From Nitrospirales bacterium (GTDB lineage: Bacteria > Nitrospirota > Nitrospiria > Nitrospirales > UBA8639): 64,000 nt of DNA. The DNA is taken from positions 1,248,001 through 1,312,000 of the forward strand of contig CBDBCZ010000019.1 of NCBI GenBank assembly GCA_965203295.1, given 5' to 3'. Of this stretch, positions 21,149 to 31,297 are shown piece by piece. Positions within the stretch are counted from its first letter, which is position 1; every line of letters begins with the position of its first letter. Position numbers and translations under genes: made by a program. The notes below the pieces were generated by a model. The model had not been told where the DNA came from. It was given only the letters and a program-made list of their open reading frames with translations, and did no database searches.

Positions 21149-22861
21149 ATGTTGACTGAATTACGTATCTCCAATTTTGCCCTCATTGATCAACTCCATC
21201 TCGTTTTTTCTGAATGGTTCCAGGTCTTTACCGGAGAGACAGGGGCCGGAAAGTCCCTCCTAGTCGATGCTGTGGTGCTTCTCACCGGGGGGCACCCTTC
21301 GGCTGAACAAATTCGGACTCATGCAGATGAAGCCGTCATCGAGGCGGCTTTTTCCCTCCCTTGTACTCATGAGGTGTTCGATCGACTGCGCGAACTGGAC
21401 TTCCTTCACGAACAAGGGGAAGAGATCATCATTCGTCGCGTGATTTCTCGTTCTGGGAGGAATCGCATATACGTCAATGGTCATCTTGCCTCGGTTCAAA
21501 CCCTCCAAGAGCTGACGGAATCGATGTTGGATATTCATGGTCAGCATGATCAGCAGTCCTTATTATCTGTTAAAACTCAGCTAGCCGCATTGGATGGATT
21601 TGGCAAGTTACACGAGATGAAGTCAGAATATGAGAAACACTATTCTTCGTGGTGCTTCAACGAACAAACACTGAAGGATCTCGTGGATAAGGCTGAGAAA
21701 ATCAAACAACAAGAGGAGTTCTTGCAGTACCAATATCAAGAACTTGAAAGCGCCAATCTTCAAGTTGGAGAAGAAGAGTCCCTGATGCTTGAATATCGGC
21801 GTTTACAACATACGGGACGTTTGGGGGAATTGGCTGAGGAAGCCTATCAGACTCTGTATGCTGGTGAGCAGTCTATTCTCGAGAGGCTTCGCATGGTTCA
21901 GGGAGGCCTCCGTGATTTAGCAGAGATCGATTCGGCAAAGGGCTCCTGGTTGCCATTATGTGAGGGAGCGGATGTTCAGCTTCGTGAACTAGCCGATGGC
22001 CTTCGTGATTACAGACAGGAAGTGGATCTAGACCCGGAACGCCTGGAAGCCGTCAACGAGCGTTTAGCGAAACTTCAATGGTTAAAGAAGAAATATAGTA
22101 GCAATATTCAGGAGTTAATCGAACGAACGAGCGAATTGAAAGACGAGTTGGAAGCCATTTCCCAAAGCGACACACGGATGGATGAGCTCAAAAAACAGGC
22201 TCATCTCGAGTATCAAGTTGCTCTTCGAGTATCAGGGCAGTTGACGAAAAAACGGAAACAAGCCGCCAAAGAATTAGAAACTCGCATAAAGTTCGAGTTA
22301 GACGCATTAGGGATGAATCGGGTCCAATTTCGGGTTGCTGTGGAACCCTTAGAGCCAAAAACAACACTGAATCTGAGTGGCGCGGACCGTGCTGAATTTC
22401 TTTTGTCAGCGAACGAGGGAGAACCGCTTCAGTCTCTCAATCGTGTAGCTTCGGGTGGGGAACTTTCCAGAATGATGTTGGCTCTTAAAACTGTATTAGC
22501 CGAAGCCGATCACGTCCCTGTTCTCATCTTTGATGAAGTTGACTCGGGAGTTGCCGGCGCTGTCGCATCTTCGATGGGAGACCGCCTTCGCCAGTTAAGC
22601 CAGTATCATCAAGTTTTTTGCATTACCCACCTTCCCCAAATTGCCTCTCAGGCAACGGGTCATTACCTTATTTGGAAAGATGTCATTCAAAAGCGAACCG
22701 TCACCAACGTCAAATTGCTTAACCACGCTGAACGTCAGGATGAAATCGCGCGGATGCTGGGAGGTCCAAAGATCACGAAAGCCGTCCGTGAGACGGCATC
22801 GGAGATGCTCGATGTAGGGGTCAAGAGCCACAAACCTTCCGCATCATCATCTGGCTCTTGA
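21149..22861 (+). CDS. recN: DNA repair protein RecN
   Basis: TGETGAGKS, IHGQHD, ASGGELSR, FDEVD and ITHLPQIA motifs. Confidence 0.96.
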   Translation: MLTELRISNFALIDQLHLVFSEWFQVFTGETGAGKSLLVDAVVLLTGGHPSAEQIRTHADEAVIEAAFSLPCTHEVFDRLRELDFLHEQGEEIIIRRVISRSGRNRIYVNGHLASVQTLQELTESMLDIHGQHDQQSLLSVKTQLAALDGFGKLHEMKSEYEKHYSSWCFNEQTLKDLVDKAEKIKQQEEFLQYQYQELESANLQVGEEESLMLEYRRLQHTGRLGELAEEAYQTLYAGEQSILERLRMVQGGLRDLAEIDSAKGSWLPLCEGADVQLRELADGLRDYRQEVDLDPERLEAVNERLAKLQWLKKKYSSNIQELIERTSELKDELEAISQSDTRMDELKKQAHLEYQVALRVSGQLTKKRKQAAKELETRIKFELDALGMNRVQFRVAVEPLEPKTTLNLSGADRAEFLLSANEGEPLQSLNRVASGGELSRMMLALKTVLAEADHVPVLIFDEVDSGVAGAVASSMGDRLRQLSQYHQVFCITHLPQIASQATGHYLIWKDVIQKRTVTNVKLLNHAERQDEIARMLGGPKITKAVRETASEMLDVGVKSHKPSASSSGS

Positions 22862-22942
22862 TCAAAAGTATTGAATCAGCCTCTTGGTTCAATGTCCCTC
22901 GGTATTCTTCCTTCTCGGTTGTTCAACACACAAATTCTTCAA

Positions 22943-23626
22943 TTATGCAGTCATCTCGACTTTCCAAAAGAACACCACCGCCATTCGTTTTGATGCAAGT
23001 TCCTGTCCCCAACCAAAGTAGCTTGTTGCAGAGTGGATAATGTCCGACTTGTAGGCAAGTAGGCGATTAAACACATACGGGACTTCTAGGATTTCCTGAA
23101 ACATCGTCGGGTCCATTTCCTGGGGAAGTTCGGGCACGTGGCGAAGAGTTTCATATTCTCGTGGGCAAATATTTCCCCCTGGTTCTGCATTCGGCAAATG
23201 GAGACGATAGAACGAGGTCCCACAATGAACTGTTGGCGGGTTAGGATGTAAGTAGAGCACAGCCGCATAGTCACAAATCTTGGCTGAATCGACATGAGGT
23301 CTTGCGACTCCTTCAGCACCTCCGACGATTTGGATATGGTTGGTTCCAGAAATTCCCATTTCCAAATCGTCCTGAGGGCGTAAGCTTTTTATTCCAAGAC
23401 CCTGTTTGACACAATCTTCAACTCGCCCCATTTCTTCAGGAGTTAGGGCATGAGGAGCACGCATCCCTGGCCAAGGTTCAGGTCGCCATGGAGAGCCCAA
23501 CGTCCAAGTACTTTTAGAAATGCAACGTTGGGCTACTTCTATGGCGTTGGGAAGAACATTGTCTTCAACCCAGTAATCTTCACCTAATTTTAGTTCTCGA
23601 AAAGGAAGATCGACGTGTTTTGGCAT
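22943..23626 (-). CDS. 2OG-Fe(II) oxygenase-like protein (DUF6445-like)
   Basis: PHVD (HxD), YAAVLYL, GTSFY, FNRL..Y...IHS and distal Arg. Confidence 0.75.
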   Translation of the reverse strand: MPKHVDLPFRELKLGEDYWVEDNVLPNAIEVAQRCISKSTWTLGSPWRPEPWPGMRAPHALTPEEMGRVEDCVKQGLGIKSLRPQDDLEMGISGTNHIQIVGGAEGVARPHVDSAKICDYAAVLYLHPNPPTVHCGTSFYRLHLPNAEPGGNICPREYETLRHVPELPQEMDPTMFQEILEVPYVFNRLLAYKSDIIHSATSYFGWGQELASKRMAVVFFWKVEMTA

Positions 23627-23800
23627 GTGATGAGTCCACGATAAGATTATCTAAAATGGTCGTACTGAATGAGTGTTTGTGAGAATAGTCGGTGAGCCTT
23701 TAGAGATCAAGAGGCTTGTCCTTGAAACTGGAGACAGGTTTGTAGTATATGGTATGGTGTCATATCTTCAAGTTCGAAAAATTTCTCAAGGAGGTCATGA

Positions 23801-24538
23801 GTGGAATCCGTATTGGAGCAGGTAGAAAGTGATGTGAACCTCGCGATTGACCGTTTGAATTTCGACCAAATCACTCAAAACTACCAGGAACAGGGGGAAT
23901 TTCTGACGATTGATCAATTCTTCCCTTCTTCTGTCATCGATCAATTCATGGCCGACGTGGATCATGTTCGCCCCCACTTGAATAGAAACTATATCCCTTC
24001 CCATAAAAAAGGCGGTAGCATCAGCTACTATACTTTGAATCAATCGGCGCAGACCATTTTATCTTTTTATCGTTCACCAATTTTTTTGCAGTGGCTGAGT
24101 CGATTGGTCAATGCTCCGCTCATGTTGTGTCCTGAAGAGGATCCCCATGCTTGCGCGCTGTATTTGTACACCGAACCTGGTGACCATATCGGGTTTCATT
24201 ATGATACTTCGTATTACAAAGGGGCGCGGTACACGGTCTTATTAGGATTACGTGATCGTTCCACGAGTCGGTTGGTATGCCGGTTGCACACAAAAGATCC
24301 AGGCCACGAATCGAAGGAATTGAGTTTGACGACTGACCCCGGGACTTTAATCGTCTTTAATGGCGATAAGCTGTACCACTGCGTCACACCGTTGGGAGAA
24401 GGAGAGGAACGGATCGTCCTTACTCTCCAATTTGTCACGGATCCCTACATGACACCGTTCAAGCGTTGGTTTTCGAATATGAAAGATGCGGTAGGGTATT
24501 TCGGATTGCCGGCCCTCTTTCGGCGTCCTCTACAGTAA
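23801..24538 (+). CDS. 2OG-Fe(II) oxygenase (HalD/BesD-like fold, hydroxylase-type HxD)
   Basis: GDHIGFHYD, FNGDKLYHCVTP and ERIVL motifs. Confidence 0.75.
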   Translation: MESVLEQVESDVNLAIDRLNFDQITQNYQEQGEFLTIDQFFPSSVIDQFMADVDHVRPHLNRNYIPSHKKGGSISYYTLNQSAQTILSFYRSPIFLQWLSRLVNAPLMLCPEEDPHACALYLYTEPGDHIGFHYDTSYYKGARYTVLLGLRDRSTSRLVCRLHTKDPGHESKELSLTTDPGTLIVFNGDKLYHCVTPLGEGEERIVLTLQFVTDPYMTPFKRWFSNMKDAVGYFGLPALFRRPLQ

Positions 24539-24565
24539 ACCCGCATTCAAACTTTCCCATCTCAG

Positions 24566-25321
24566 TTACTCTTTCTGTCCGATGAGAACAATTGTCACAT
24601 TGTCCTCACCACCCTGACTATTTGCTTCATGAATGAGAGCCTGACACATGGCTTCCAGTGAATCGCCGGTTTGTTGAACGATGTGAAGAATCTGGTTGTC
24701 AGTCATCATCTTTGTCAGCCCATCGGTGCAGAGAAGAACTCGGTCTTCTGGTAAGAGATGAACCGTAGAAAGGTCAGGAGTCACTGTAGGTTCTGGCCCG
24801 ACGGCTTGGGTGAGAATATGCTGCATAGGATGATCTTCTGCTTGTTCCCTCGTAAGAAGTCCCTGCCAAATGTGTTCCTCTACCAAGGAATGGTCTTGTG
24901 TCAGTCGGGTAAGCGCCTGGTCACGAATGAGATAGGCGCGGCTATCCCCGACATGAGAGATCGTCGCTTGTGATGCTGGTTGCTCGGAAATGTGGATCGC
25001 CACGACGGTGGTTCCCATACCTGCCAGGAGAGGGTGCGTCGAAATGTGCGATTGAATAGCCTGATTCGCTGATTGTATCGCTTGATCGAGAAAAGAAGAA
25101 GGGTCGGGAATGGAAGTGGCACCTATTGCCTGTTTGTCCTGAATGGCTTTGACAATCGAATCGACAGTCATGTGGCTTGCAATGTCACCTCCTGCCTGGC
25201 CTCCCATTCCATCGGCTATGACCCACAAATGGCACTCATTCAGCACAGCGAATGCATCTTGATTAGAAGAACGGACGCGACCTTGATCTGTGAGTCCTGC
25301 TCCATGCCAGGGCAAGGGCAT
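24566..25321 (-). CDS. PP2C-family Ser/Thr phosphatase (Stp1/PrpC-like)
   Basis: ADGMGG, GMGTT, HVGDSRAY, LCTDGL and GGEDNVT motifs. Confidence 0.93.
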   Translation of the reverse strand: MPLPWHGAGLTDQGRVRSSNQDAFAVLNECHLWVIADGMGGQAGGDIASHMTVDSIVKAIQDKQAIGATSIPDPSSFLDQAIQSANQAIQSHISTHPLLAGMGTTVVAIHISEQPASQATISHVGDSRAYLIRDQALTRLTQDHSLVEEHIWQGLLTREQAEDHPMQHILTQAVGPEPTVTPDLSTVHLLPEDRVLLCTDGLTKMMTDNQILHIVQQTGDSLEAMCQALIHEANSQGGEDNVTIVLIGQKE

Positions 25322-25342
25322 TTTCTACTTTCTTGAAGATGA

Positions 25343-26113
25343 CTAGTTGTTCTGCGGCCCGTATCGAGCGCAAAGCGCCTCGTACACGTAGTGGGCTAAG
25401 GGTTCAAGGTTGCGAACGTCTGCCTCATTATACTCACACAACCGTTTCCCTGCATGATGATCTCCCATTTGCCATGCATACCATAAGTTCACGGCCTCCC
25501 ATCCATCGAGCCCCTGAATGTCTAGAGGCCTTTCCAGCCCAATTTCTTTTTCAATATGTTTGAGGCCACCTCGCAAGCCCAGGCGTCTAGCCGCGAAGCA
25601 GAGATCAAAATGAGCATGATTAAGAACAAGGCCCGGATACATCGTACGAAGGTAGGGCAGATCAAATCCGGACCCATAAAATGTGACAAGGAGATCGATC
25701 TCCGCTAATTCCTGGTTCAAACGGTCTTCACTTAGTGTATCTCCAGCAATCAATGTGGTCATATTGCCGTTGACGCACAGACCGACGAGTGTGATAGAGC
25801 CGATTCCTGCTGGCGCCCCGGTCGTTTCAATATCCAAAAACCCGGTTCGAGTCCTGAATGTGTGAAAAAGGCGCCAGTGATCTCGAGGTTTCAGGCAGTG
25901 GGCAAAGTACCGAAAGTTTCTCTCTTGAAATTGATCAAGCGCACTGGTGAGTTGCGCATCGTACAGGTGTTTTCGCGCAGAAGAAGCAGAAGAAATGTGA
26001 GGAAGGGTTGGGGCCTCTAAAAAGTCGTGCCAGGTCGTTATCCCATGATCCCAGAGGTCTCGCTCTGTGGATTCCCCGATATCATTGAGAAAAATGAAGG
26101 TTGATTCCAGCAT
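25343..26113 (-). CDS. RNase H-like exonuclease (YprB/RNase_H_2 family)
   Basis: FLDIETTG, LVTFYGSGFDLPYL, GGLKHIE and YNEADV motifs. Confidence 0.85.
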   Translation of the reverse strand: MLESTFIFLNDIGESTERDLWDHGITTWHDFLEAPTLPHISSASSARKHLYDAQLTSALDQFQERNFRYFAHCLKPRDHWRLFHTFRTRTGFLDIETTGAPAGIGSITLVGLCVNGNMTTLIAGDTLSEDRLNQELAEIDLLVTFYGSGFDLPYLRTMYPGLVLNHAHFDLCFAARRLGLRGGLKHIEKEIGLERPLDIQGLDGWEAVNLWYAWQMGDHHAGKRLCEYNEADVRNLEPLAHYVYEALCARYGPQNN

Positions 26114-26237
26114 TAGTGTGGGATTGCTCTCAAATTGAGTGGAATTCTTGATTTCTTTCTGAGGAACAGGCTAAATTCCTGAACGAGTTTTTTCAAGGAC
26201 AAAGACGTCTTTTTCAAAAAGAGGAATCGCCAACTTC

Positions 26238-26637
26238 ATGGATAACCACAAACGACGAATAAGGATTTCTGTAGGGGGGGTCAGTCTCGAAGCAGAGTTA
26301 AAATCCAATCGAACGGCTCAAGAGGTCTATAATGCGCTATCCATTGAAGAGTCTGTGAATATTTGGGGTGAGGAATTTTACTGCCAACTTCCTGGGGTAC
26401 AAGATTAATCGAGAAATGGCGACGACCCAAGTGAAGGTTGGCCACGTCGCCTTTTTGGGGATGGGCCGCATGCTGACGATTTTCTTTGGGAGAACACCTA
26501 TGAGCATTGGAGATGATCCTGTTCCGGCTGATCGGGTGAACGTTATCGGACGGATAATGGGAGACCCGACTGTTCTCCGGCAAGCCATGGGATCGAAGAT
26601 GATCAAAGTGGAAAAAGCGAGTGAGTCTGTCGCATGA
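26238..26637 (+). pseudogene. cyclophilin-like fold protein (DUF369/TM1367-like) with +1 frameshift at ~26406
   Basis: MDNHKRRIRI..IWGEEFYC..VQD, then GAT TAA TCG. Removing one A joins it to REMATTQVKVG..IFFGRTPMS..VNVIGR. Confidence 0.75.
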
Positions 26638-26915
26638 AGATGTCAAAGGATCGTATTGCGCATTTGGCTGTGAACCTGACTGATCGGCTTAAAGACAAGG
26701 GTTTTTTGGAAATCGTGGGGTCAAATGAGTCTCTCGTTCAGAAGCTGGAAAGAGCCATTACAGATGAATTATCAGTTGAAGACCGGTTAAACGTCGAAAT
26801 TCTGGATCTTCTGAAGCAATATGATGCCGAATTTGAGAGTAATAGAGCGGACTATCAAAAAATGTTTTCTATGGTGAAAAGCAAGTTGATTAAAGAGCGA
26901 GGATTGATTTTATAG
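26634..26915 (+). CDS. DUF507 family protein
   Basis: MKMSKDRIAHLA..EDRLN..DYQKMF..KERGLIL. Confidence 0.8.
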   Translation: MKMSKDRIAHLAVNLTDRLKDKGFLEIVGSNESLVQKLERAITDELSVEDRLNVEILDLLKQYDAEFESNRADYQKMFSMVKSKLIKERGLIL

Positions 26916-26990
26916 CGGTTTTAATGGAAACAGCTCGGTTCTCGGATGTTGTTTTCTTGACAAGAACGTTCTGGTCAAGGGGTGATACCG

Positions 26991-27272
26991 ATGTCGGTTT
27001 TGCTAAGTCACGATAAACAAACGCACCTCTCCCATGTTATCCTTGCCTGTCTCAAACGATCATCGGAAGCCAAAATTTTTGGCAATGAAGCTATGGCGCT
27101 GCGAGAGATCAAGCATATTCTAGGAGCTCAAGTCACCCTGGAACAAGAAATTGATAAAATGGTTCGTGCTCGCCTCAAGTCCTATTCCCCTCCTTTGCCG
27201 GAGGGTTCCCAGGAGTGGGAGATTCTTTATCAAAAAACCTATCAAGAAGAACTTCGGAAACGGAATCTCTGA
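26991..27272 (+). CDS. DUF507 family protein (second paralog)
   Basis: LSHDKQTHLSH..PEGSQEWEILYQK.YQEEL. Confidence 0.8.
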   Translation: MSVLLSHDKQTHLSHVILACLKRSSEAKIFGNEAMALREIKHILGAQVTLEQEIDKMVRARLKSYSPPLPEGSQEWEILYQKTYQEELRKRNL

Positions 27273-27374
27273 TCACATTCTCGTCCGGACTTTCCTCTTT
27301 TTTCTTTCTCGACAAAGCGTGGTTTGACTCATGGTGTTCATCTTTTGGTGTATTCACTTAGGGTAAATGATTTA

Positions 27375-28253
27375 ATGGAAAAGCTAACGCGTCGATTTAC
27401 TGGATGGTCACACAGGTTTTTCATCCTTCCTTTGGTGGTCCTCCTCGTTAGTCAGGCTTTTGGGGTTCATGCTGATGAGCGAAGTCCTGTTCATGTCGTT
27501 GTCAGCGACATCTTGGTTATGCCAGGAAAGCCTGCGATGCTTAAGGCCCGAATCGTCCAATCCGGGATCTTGAGGTCGATTGGCGTCGGTGGTGAGGAAG
27601 TACAGTTTGAAGTGGAAGGAAAAGCGGTAGGAACGTCCTTGACTGGTGGAGATGGTTGGGCCTCTTGGGAGTTCACCCCCAAAATGAGAGGCAATAAAAG
27701 CGTGAGAGCCAAGGTCATTCCCAGTTCTCGGGTGAAGGGAGCGGAAGGTATTGGCATTCTTGCTTCCTGGGAACGACGCCGACCCATTCTTTTGATTGAT
27801 GTCACGACTCTTTTGCAAGATGCTGAGGGAATAGGGAAGTTTGTGTCGGCAATGGGATTGCCCGTAGATCCTTCTCTGTGGCCCGAGCCCAAAGATGGAG
27901 CATCTCAGGAACTCCATAAGCTGGCCAAGTTTTATTACAATGTTGTGTACCTCTTTTGGAATGATGGGAATGATGTGGAGGGCGTTCGCGCGTGGTTGCG
28001 GGAACATGAATTTCCTAGTGGACTAACTCGAGCTATTCAACGCGGATCGACTCCACTGAAGACGTTTATCGACAATCTTGAAGAAGGTGGATGGGATAAT
28101 TTGGAAGCCGGTATTGGACGAACACCGGATTTTGCAAAAGTGCTGTTAAAAAACAGGATTAAAGCGATCATATTTCATAAATCTGAAAATGAAGAGTTTC
28201 CTCGACGAACCAAACTTGTGGAAGATTGGAAGGGAGTAAGAAGGAACTTATAG
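27375..28253 (+). CDS. hypothetical exported protein (Ig-like N-domain plus possible degenerate HAD-like domain)
   Basis: Signal peptide ending VHA, beta-rich N-part, then RRPILLIDV. Confidence 0.65.
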   Translation: MEKLTRRFTGWSHRFFILPLVVLLVSQAFGVHADERSPVHVVVSDILVMPGKPAMLKARIVQSGILRSIGVGGEEVQFEVEGKAVGTSLTGGDGWASWEFTPKMRGNKSVRAKVIPSSRVKGAEGIGILASWERRRPILLIDVTTLLQDAEGIGKFVSAMGLPVDPSLWPEPKDGASQELHKLAKFYYNVVYLFWNDGNDVEGVRAWLREHEFPSGLTRAIQRGSTPLKTFIDNLEEGGWDNLEAGIGRTPDFAKVLLKNRIKAIIFHKSENEEFPRRTKLVEDWKGVRRNL

Positions 28254-28257
28254 TTAC

Positions 28258-28290
28258 AACAAGGGTTCTCTGATGGATAGCCCTTGTTTT
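28258..28290 (+). terminator. possible intrinsic terminator
   Basis: AACAAGGG...CCCTTGTT followed by T residues, just after the stop at 28253. Confidence 0.45.
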
Positions 28291-28341
28291 CAGGAGTCAG
28301 TCGATTCTGTTGTCTTTTTATGACTTTGCTCGTGTCTTTCA

Positions 28342-29718
28342 ATGAAATCTGTTCGCTCTAAAACACAATTTATTTGCCAGATCTGTGGCATGCAGTCTCC
28401 ACGATGGGTTGGCCGTTGCACAGGGTGTGGGCAATGGAATTCATTGAAAGAAGAGACAGTCGTGGAGGGAGGATTTCGTTCTCAGGGGCCTGGCTCTATG
28501 GAGCCGTTTCCTCCTACCCCGATTGATGACGTACATGTCACGGATCATATGCGGGTCAGCACAGGCATGGCTGAATTGGATCGCGTGTTAGGGGGCGGTG
28601 TTGTTCCCGGATCAGTCATTCTCGTTGGAGGCGATCCGGGGATAGGAAAAACAACCCTGTTGCTTCAGACCCTTCATCGATTAGGAAAACATAACGAGAC
28701 TCTCCTGTACGTTTCTGGTGAGGAGTCCCCTCAACAAATCAAGATGCGCGGGGATCGATTAGGAGTTCGGAATCCACAACTGTACATTCTCTCAGAGACA
28801 TCGCTTGAAGCTTTGCTGAAGGGAGCGAGTCGTCTTAAACCAGCTGCACTGGTTGTGGATTCGATTCAAACGGTCTTCACCGAACAATTGAATTCAGTGC
28901 CAGGAAGTGTGAGTCAGGTTCAAGAAGTGACGTGTCAACTGATGTGGTATGCCAAGCGAAATGGTGTGCCTGTTTTTATTATCGGTCATGTCACGAAAGA
29001 GGGAATGATTGCTGGCCCCAAGCTCCTTGAACATATTGTTGATACGGTGTTGTATTTTGAGGGAGAAAAAGGTCAATCCTATCGTATCTTAAGAGCCGTC
29101 AAAAATCGGTTTGGAGCGACGAATGAGATCGGTGTTTTCGAAATGAAGGATGCTGGATTAGTGGAAGTCACGAACCCTTCTGAGCTGTTCCTTGCTGGTC
29201 GTCCTCTCCAGAGTACAGGATCGGTGGTGGTGTCTAGCCTGGAGGGCTCTCGACCTATCTTAGTGGAACTTCAGGCTTTAGTGACGACGACCGGTTATGC
29301 CATGCCAAAACGTATGTCCAACGGAGTCGACCTGAATCGGGTTTCGTTATTGTTGGCTGTTATGGAAAAACAATTGGGATTTCATCTGTCTGGGTACGAT
29401 GTCTATGTCAATGTTGTAGGGGGACTGCACATTGATGAACCTTCCATCGACCTTGGCATTGTGGCAGCGGTCGGGTCGAGTCTCAGAGATTGTCCGATAG
29501 ACTCCAGGACACTGATGCTGGGAGAAGTCGGGTTAGGGGGAGAGATTCGTCCTGTTGGTCGCGTGGAGATGAGTGCCAAGGAAGCCGTCAAATTAGGCTT
29601 TACTCGATGCGTTCTTCCAGAAAGGAATCTCGCCAAATTCAATCACATTGACGATTTGGAGGTCATTGGGGTTGCCAACGTGGGAGAGGTTATTGAGCAG
29701 ATGGTGACTCGTGCGTGA
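28342..29718 (+). CDS. radA: DNA repair protein RadA/Sms
   Basis: N-terminal Zn finger, GDPGIGKTT and KNRFG motifs. Confidence 0.97.
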   Translation: MKSVRSKTQFICQICGMQSPRWVGRCTGCGQWNSLKEETVVEGGFRSQGPGSMEPFPPTPIDDVHVTDHMRVSTGMAELDRVLGGGVVPGSVILVGGDPGIGKTTLLLQTLHRLGKHNETLLYVSGEESPQQIKMRGDRLGVRNPQLYILSETSLEALLKGASRLKPAALVVDSIQTVFTEQLNSVPGSVSQVQEVTCQLMWYAKRNGVPVFIIGHVTKEGMIAGPKLLEHIVDTVLYFEGEKGQSYRILRAVKNRFGATNEIGVFEMKDAGLVEVTNPSELFLAGRPLQSTGSVVVSSLEGSRPILVELQALVTTTGYAMPKRMSNGVDLNRVSLLLAVMEKQLGFHLSGYDVYVNVVGGLHIDEPSIDLGIVAAVGSSLRDCPIDSRTLMLGEVGLGGEIRPVGRVEMSAKEAVKLGFTRCVLPERNLAKFNHIDDLEVIGVANVGEVIEQMVTRA

Positions 29719-30562
29719 TTGGTGGTTGCCTTGGAGAGTCAATGGAAGGAGAGCATTATTGTGGAATGTCGTATTGGTGGCGTTATCATGTCTTGTCTTG
29801 AGCTGTACGACTCTTGAAGAGAAAGATACGATGCCGGTCCGGGAATTTTCTGCGGACCAACTCCTTCAGAAACTGAATCAAAATGAGGCTGCGATCGGGA
29901 GCCTGAAAGCGTTGTTTCGGGCCAATATTCATGGTGAAGGGGTTCCCGTATCCTATCGGGTGGATGGAGTTTTTTTATACAAACGTCCCTCTACCATTCG
30001 ATTGAAAGGGTTGTCTCGTTTCGGTGGTCTGGTGTTTGATTTTTTGATGGATCGTGACCGATATGTCCTTCATTTGCCTCAGGAAAACCAATCGTATTCA
30101 GGAGAAATAGGGAGGGAACGTTTCTCAGGGAGCATGGGGTTACCTGTCCACCTTATTTTACGGGCAATGGATGTCGTGTTGGGAAAAGTGCAGGAAGACA
30201 GAGATCGCCCCATTGTGTTGGAGGAAGATGGAGATCGATATCGTTTTGATGTTGATGTGCGACCGACCGATCAAGACATGGAACGGCCATGGTCAGTTCG
30301 AAGAGTGTGGGTTGACCGGCGTCATGTACAAGTCAGCCAGATTGAATATCTTTCGGCTGATGGCGTATCTATACTGAATGTCGAAGCTGACGACTTTCGT
30401 CGTGCTCGGGATGCCTCCCCTGTTGAGAGAACAACCATTGTTTTGCCCTATCATCTTGAAGCGGTGGATCAACAGGAAGATGGCGTCGTGTCTTTGTCTT
30501 TCCAGGAGATGGTGGTCAATTTGCCTCTTGCCCCAAAGGAATTTGGGTTAAATCGGTTTTGA
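29711..30562 (+). CDS. putative lipoprotein (LolA/DUF4292-like fold)
   Basis: Lipobox VLSC and a beta-rich body with RPSTIRL. Confidence 0.6.
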   Translation: MRDWWLPWRVNGRRALLWNVVLVALSCLVLSCTTLEEKDTMPVREFSADQLLQKLNQNEAAIGSLKALFRANIHGEGVPVSYRVDGVFLYKRPSTIRLKGLSRFGGLVFDFLMDRDRYVLHLPQENQSYSGEIGRERFSGSMGLPVHLILRAMDVVLGKVQEDRDRPIVLEEDGDRYRFDVDVRPTDQDMERPWSVRRVWVDRRHVQVSQIEYLSADGVSILNVEADDFRRARDASPVERTTIVLPYHLEAVDQQEDGVVSLSFQEMVVNLPLAPKEFGLNRF

Positions 30563-30588
30563 GTGTGACGAGGTTGCTCTAGAATTCT

Positions 30589-31296
30589 ATGTTGATCCTG
30601 GCTGTTGAAACTGCGACGAGTCGGCAAAGTGTCGCTCTTGTTCAGGATTCCGAGGTTCTGGCCAAGCAGGAATGGTATTCTGTTGGATCTCATTCTCGAC
30701 AGTTAATTCCCACCATCGATGGGGTCTTGGCACCCTTAGGTTTTCATATTCAAGATCTAAACGGAATAGCCGTATCTATTGGACCTGGCTCCTTTACAGG
30801 GTTACGGGTAGGATTGGCGACTGTCGCGGGGTTTCGTCTCGTTTCTGATGTTCGGGTCGTGGCAGTGCCCACCTTGGAGGCCATGGCGTGGAATCTCTAT
30901 GGTGAAACAAAGCTTCTGTGCCCAATTCTGAGATCCAGAGTCGGGGAAGTCTATTGGGCCTTGTTTCAGTGGAAGAATAATCAGCTTGTCCGGATTTCAG
31001 AGGACCATGTTGGAGGATTCTCCACGTTGGCTGAATCCATTGATGAACCTGTTTTGGTCTATGGCGAAGGGTGGTTGGCCAATCGAGAGGCCTTACAGGT
31101 GGCATTGGAAAGTTATGCTTGTGAGCCTGATGGAATCGCGATGCAGGTATCAGCGGTGAGTGTCGCCAAGGCAGGGTTGCTCCTGTTGAAGGCAGGCCAA
31201 TACGCCGAGCTTGGCTTGACTCCCCGGTATGTTCAACGCTCTGAAGCCGAAATCGTCTTAGAGCGAAAGGCACGCCAATTGGCCGACATTTCTTGA
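30589..31296 (+). CDS. tsaB: tRNA threonylcarbamoyladenosine biosynthesis protein
   Basis: MLILAVETAT, HS and GPGSFTGLRVG motifs. Confidence 0.95.
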   Translation: MLILAVETATSRQSVALVQDSEVLAKQEWYSVGSHSRQLIPTIDGVLAPLGFHIQDLNGIAVSIGPGSFTGLRVGLATVAGFRLVSDVRVVAVPTLEAMAWNLYGETKLLCPILRSRVGEVYWALFQWKNNQLVRISEDHVGGFSTLAESIDEPVLVYGEGWLANREALQVALESYACEPDGIAMQVSAVSVAKAGLLLLKAGQYAELGLTPRYVQRSEAEIVLERKARQLADIS

Positions 31297-31297
31297 T

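Noticed and set aside
23801..24538. Fe/2OG halogenase
   Set aside because: Retains HxD, whereas halogenases have HxG/A.
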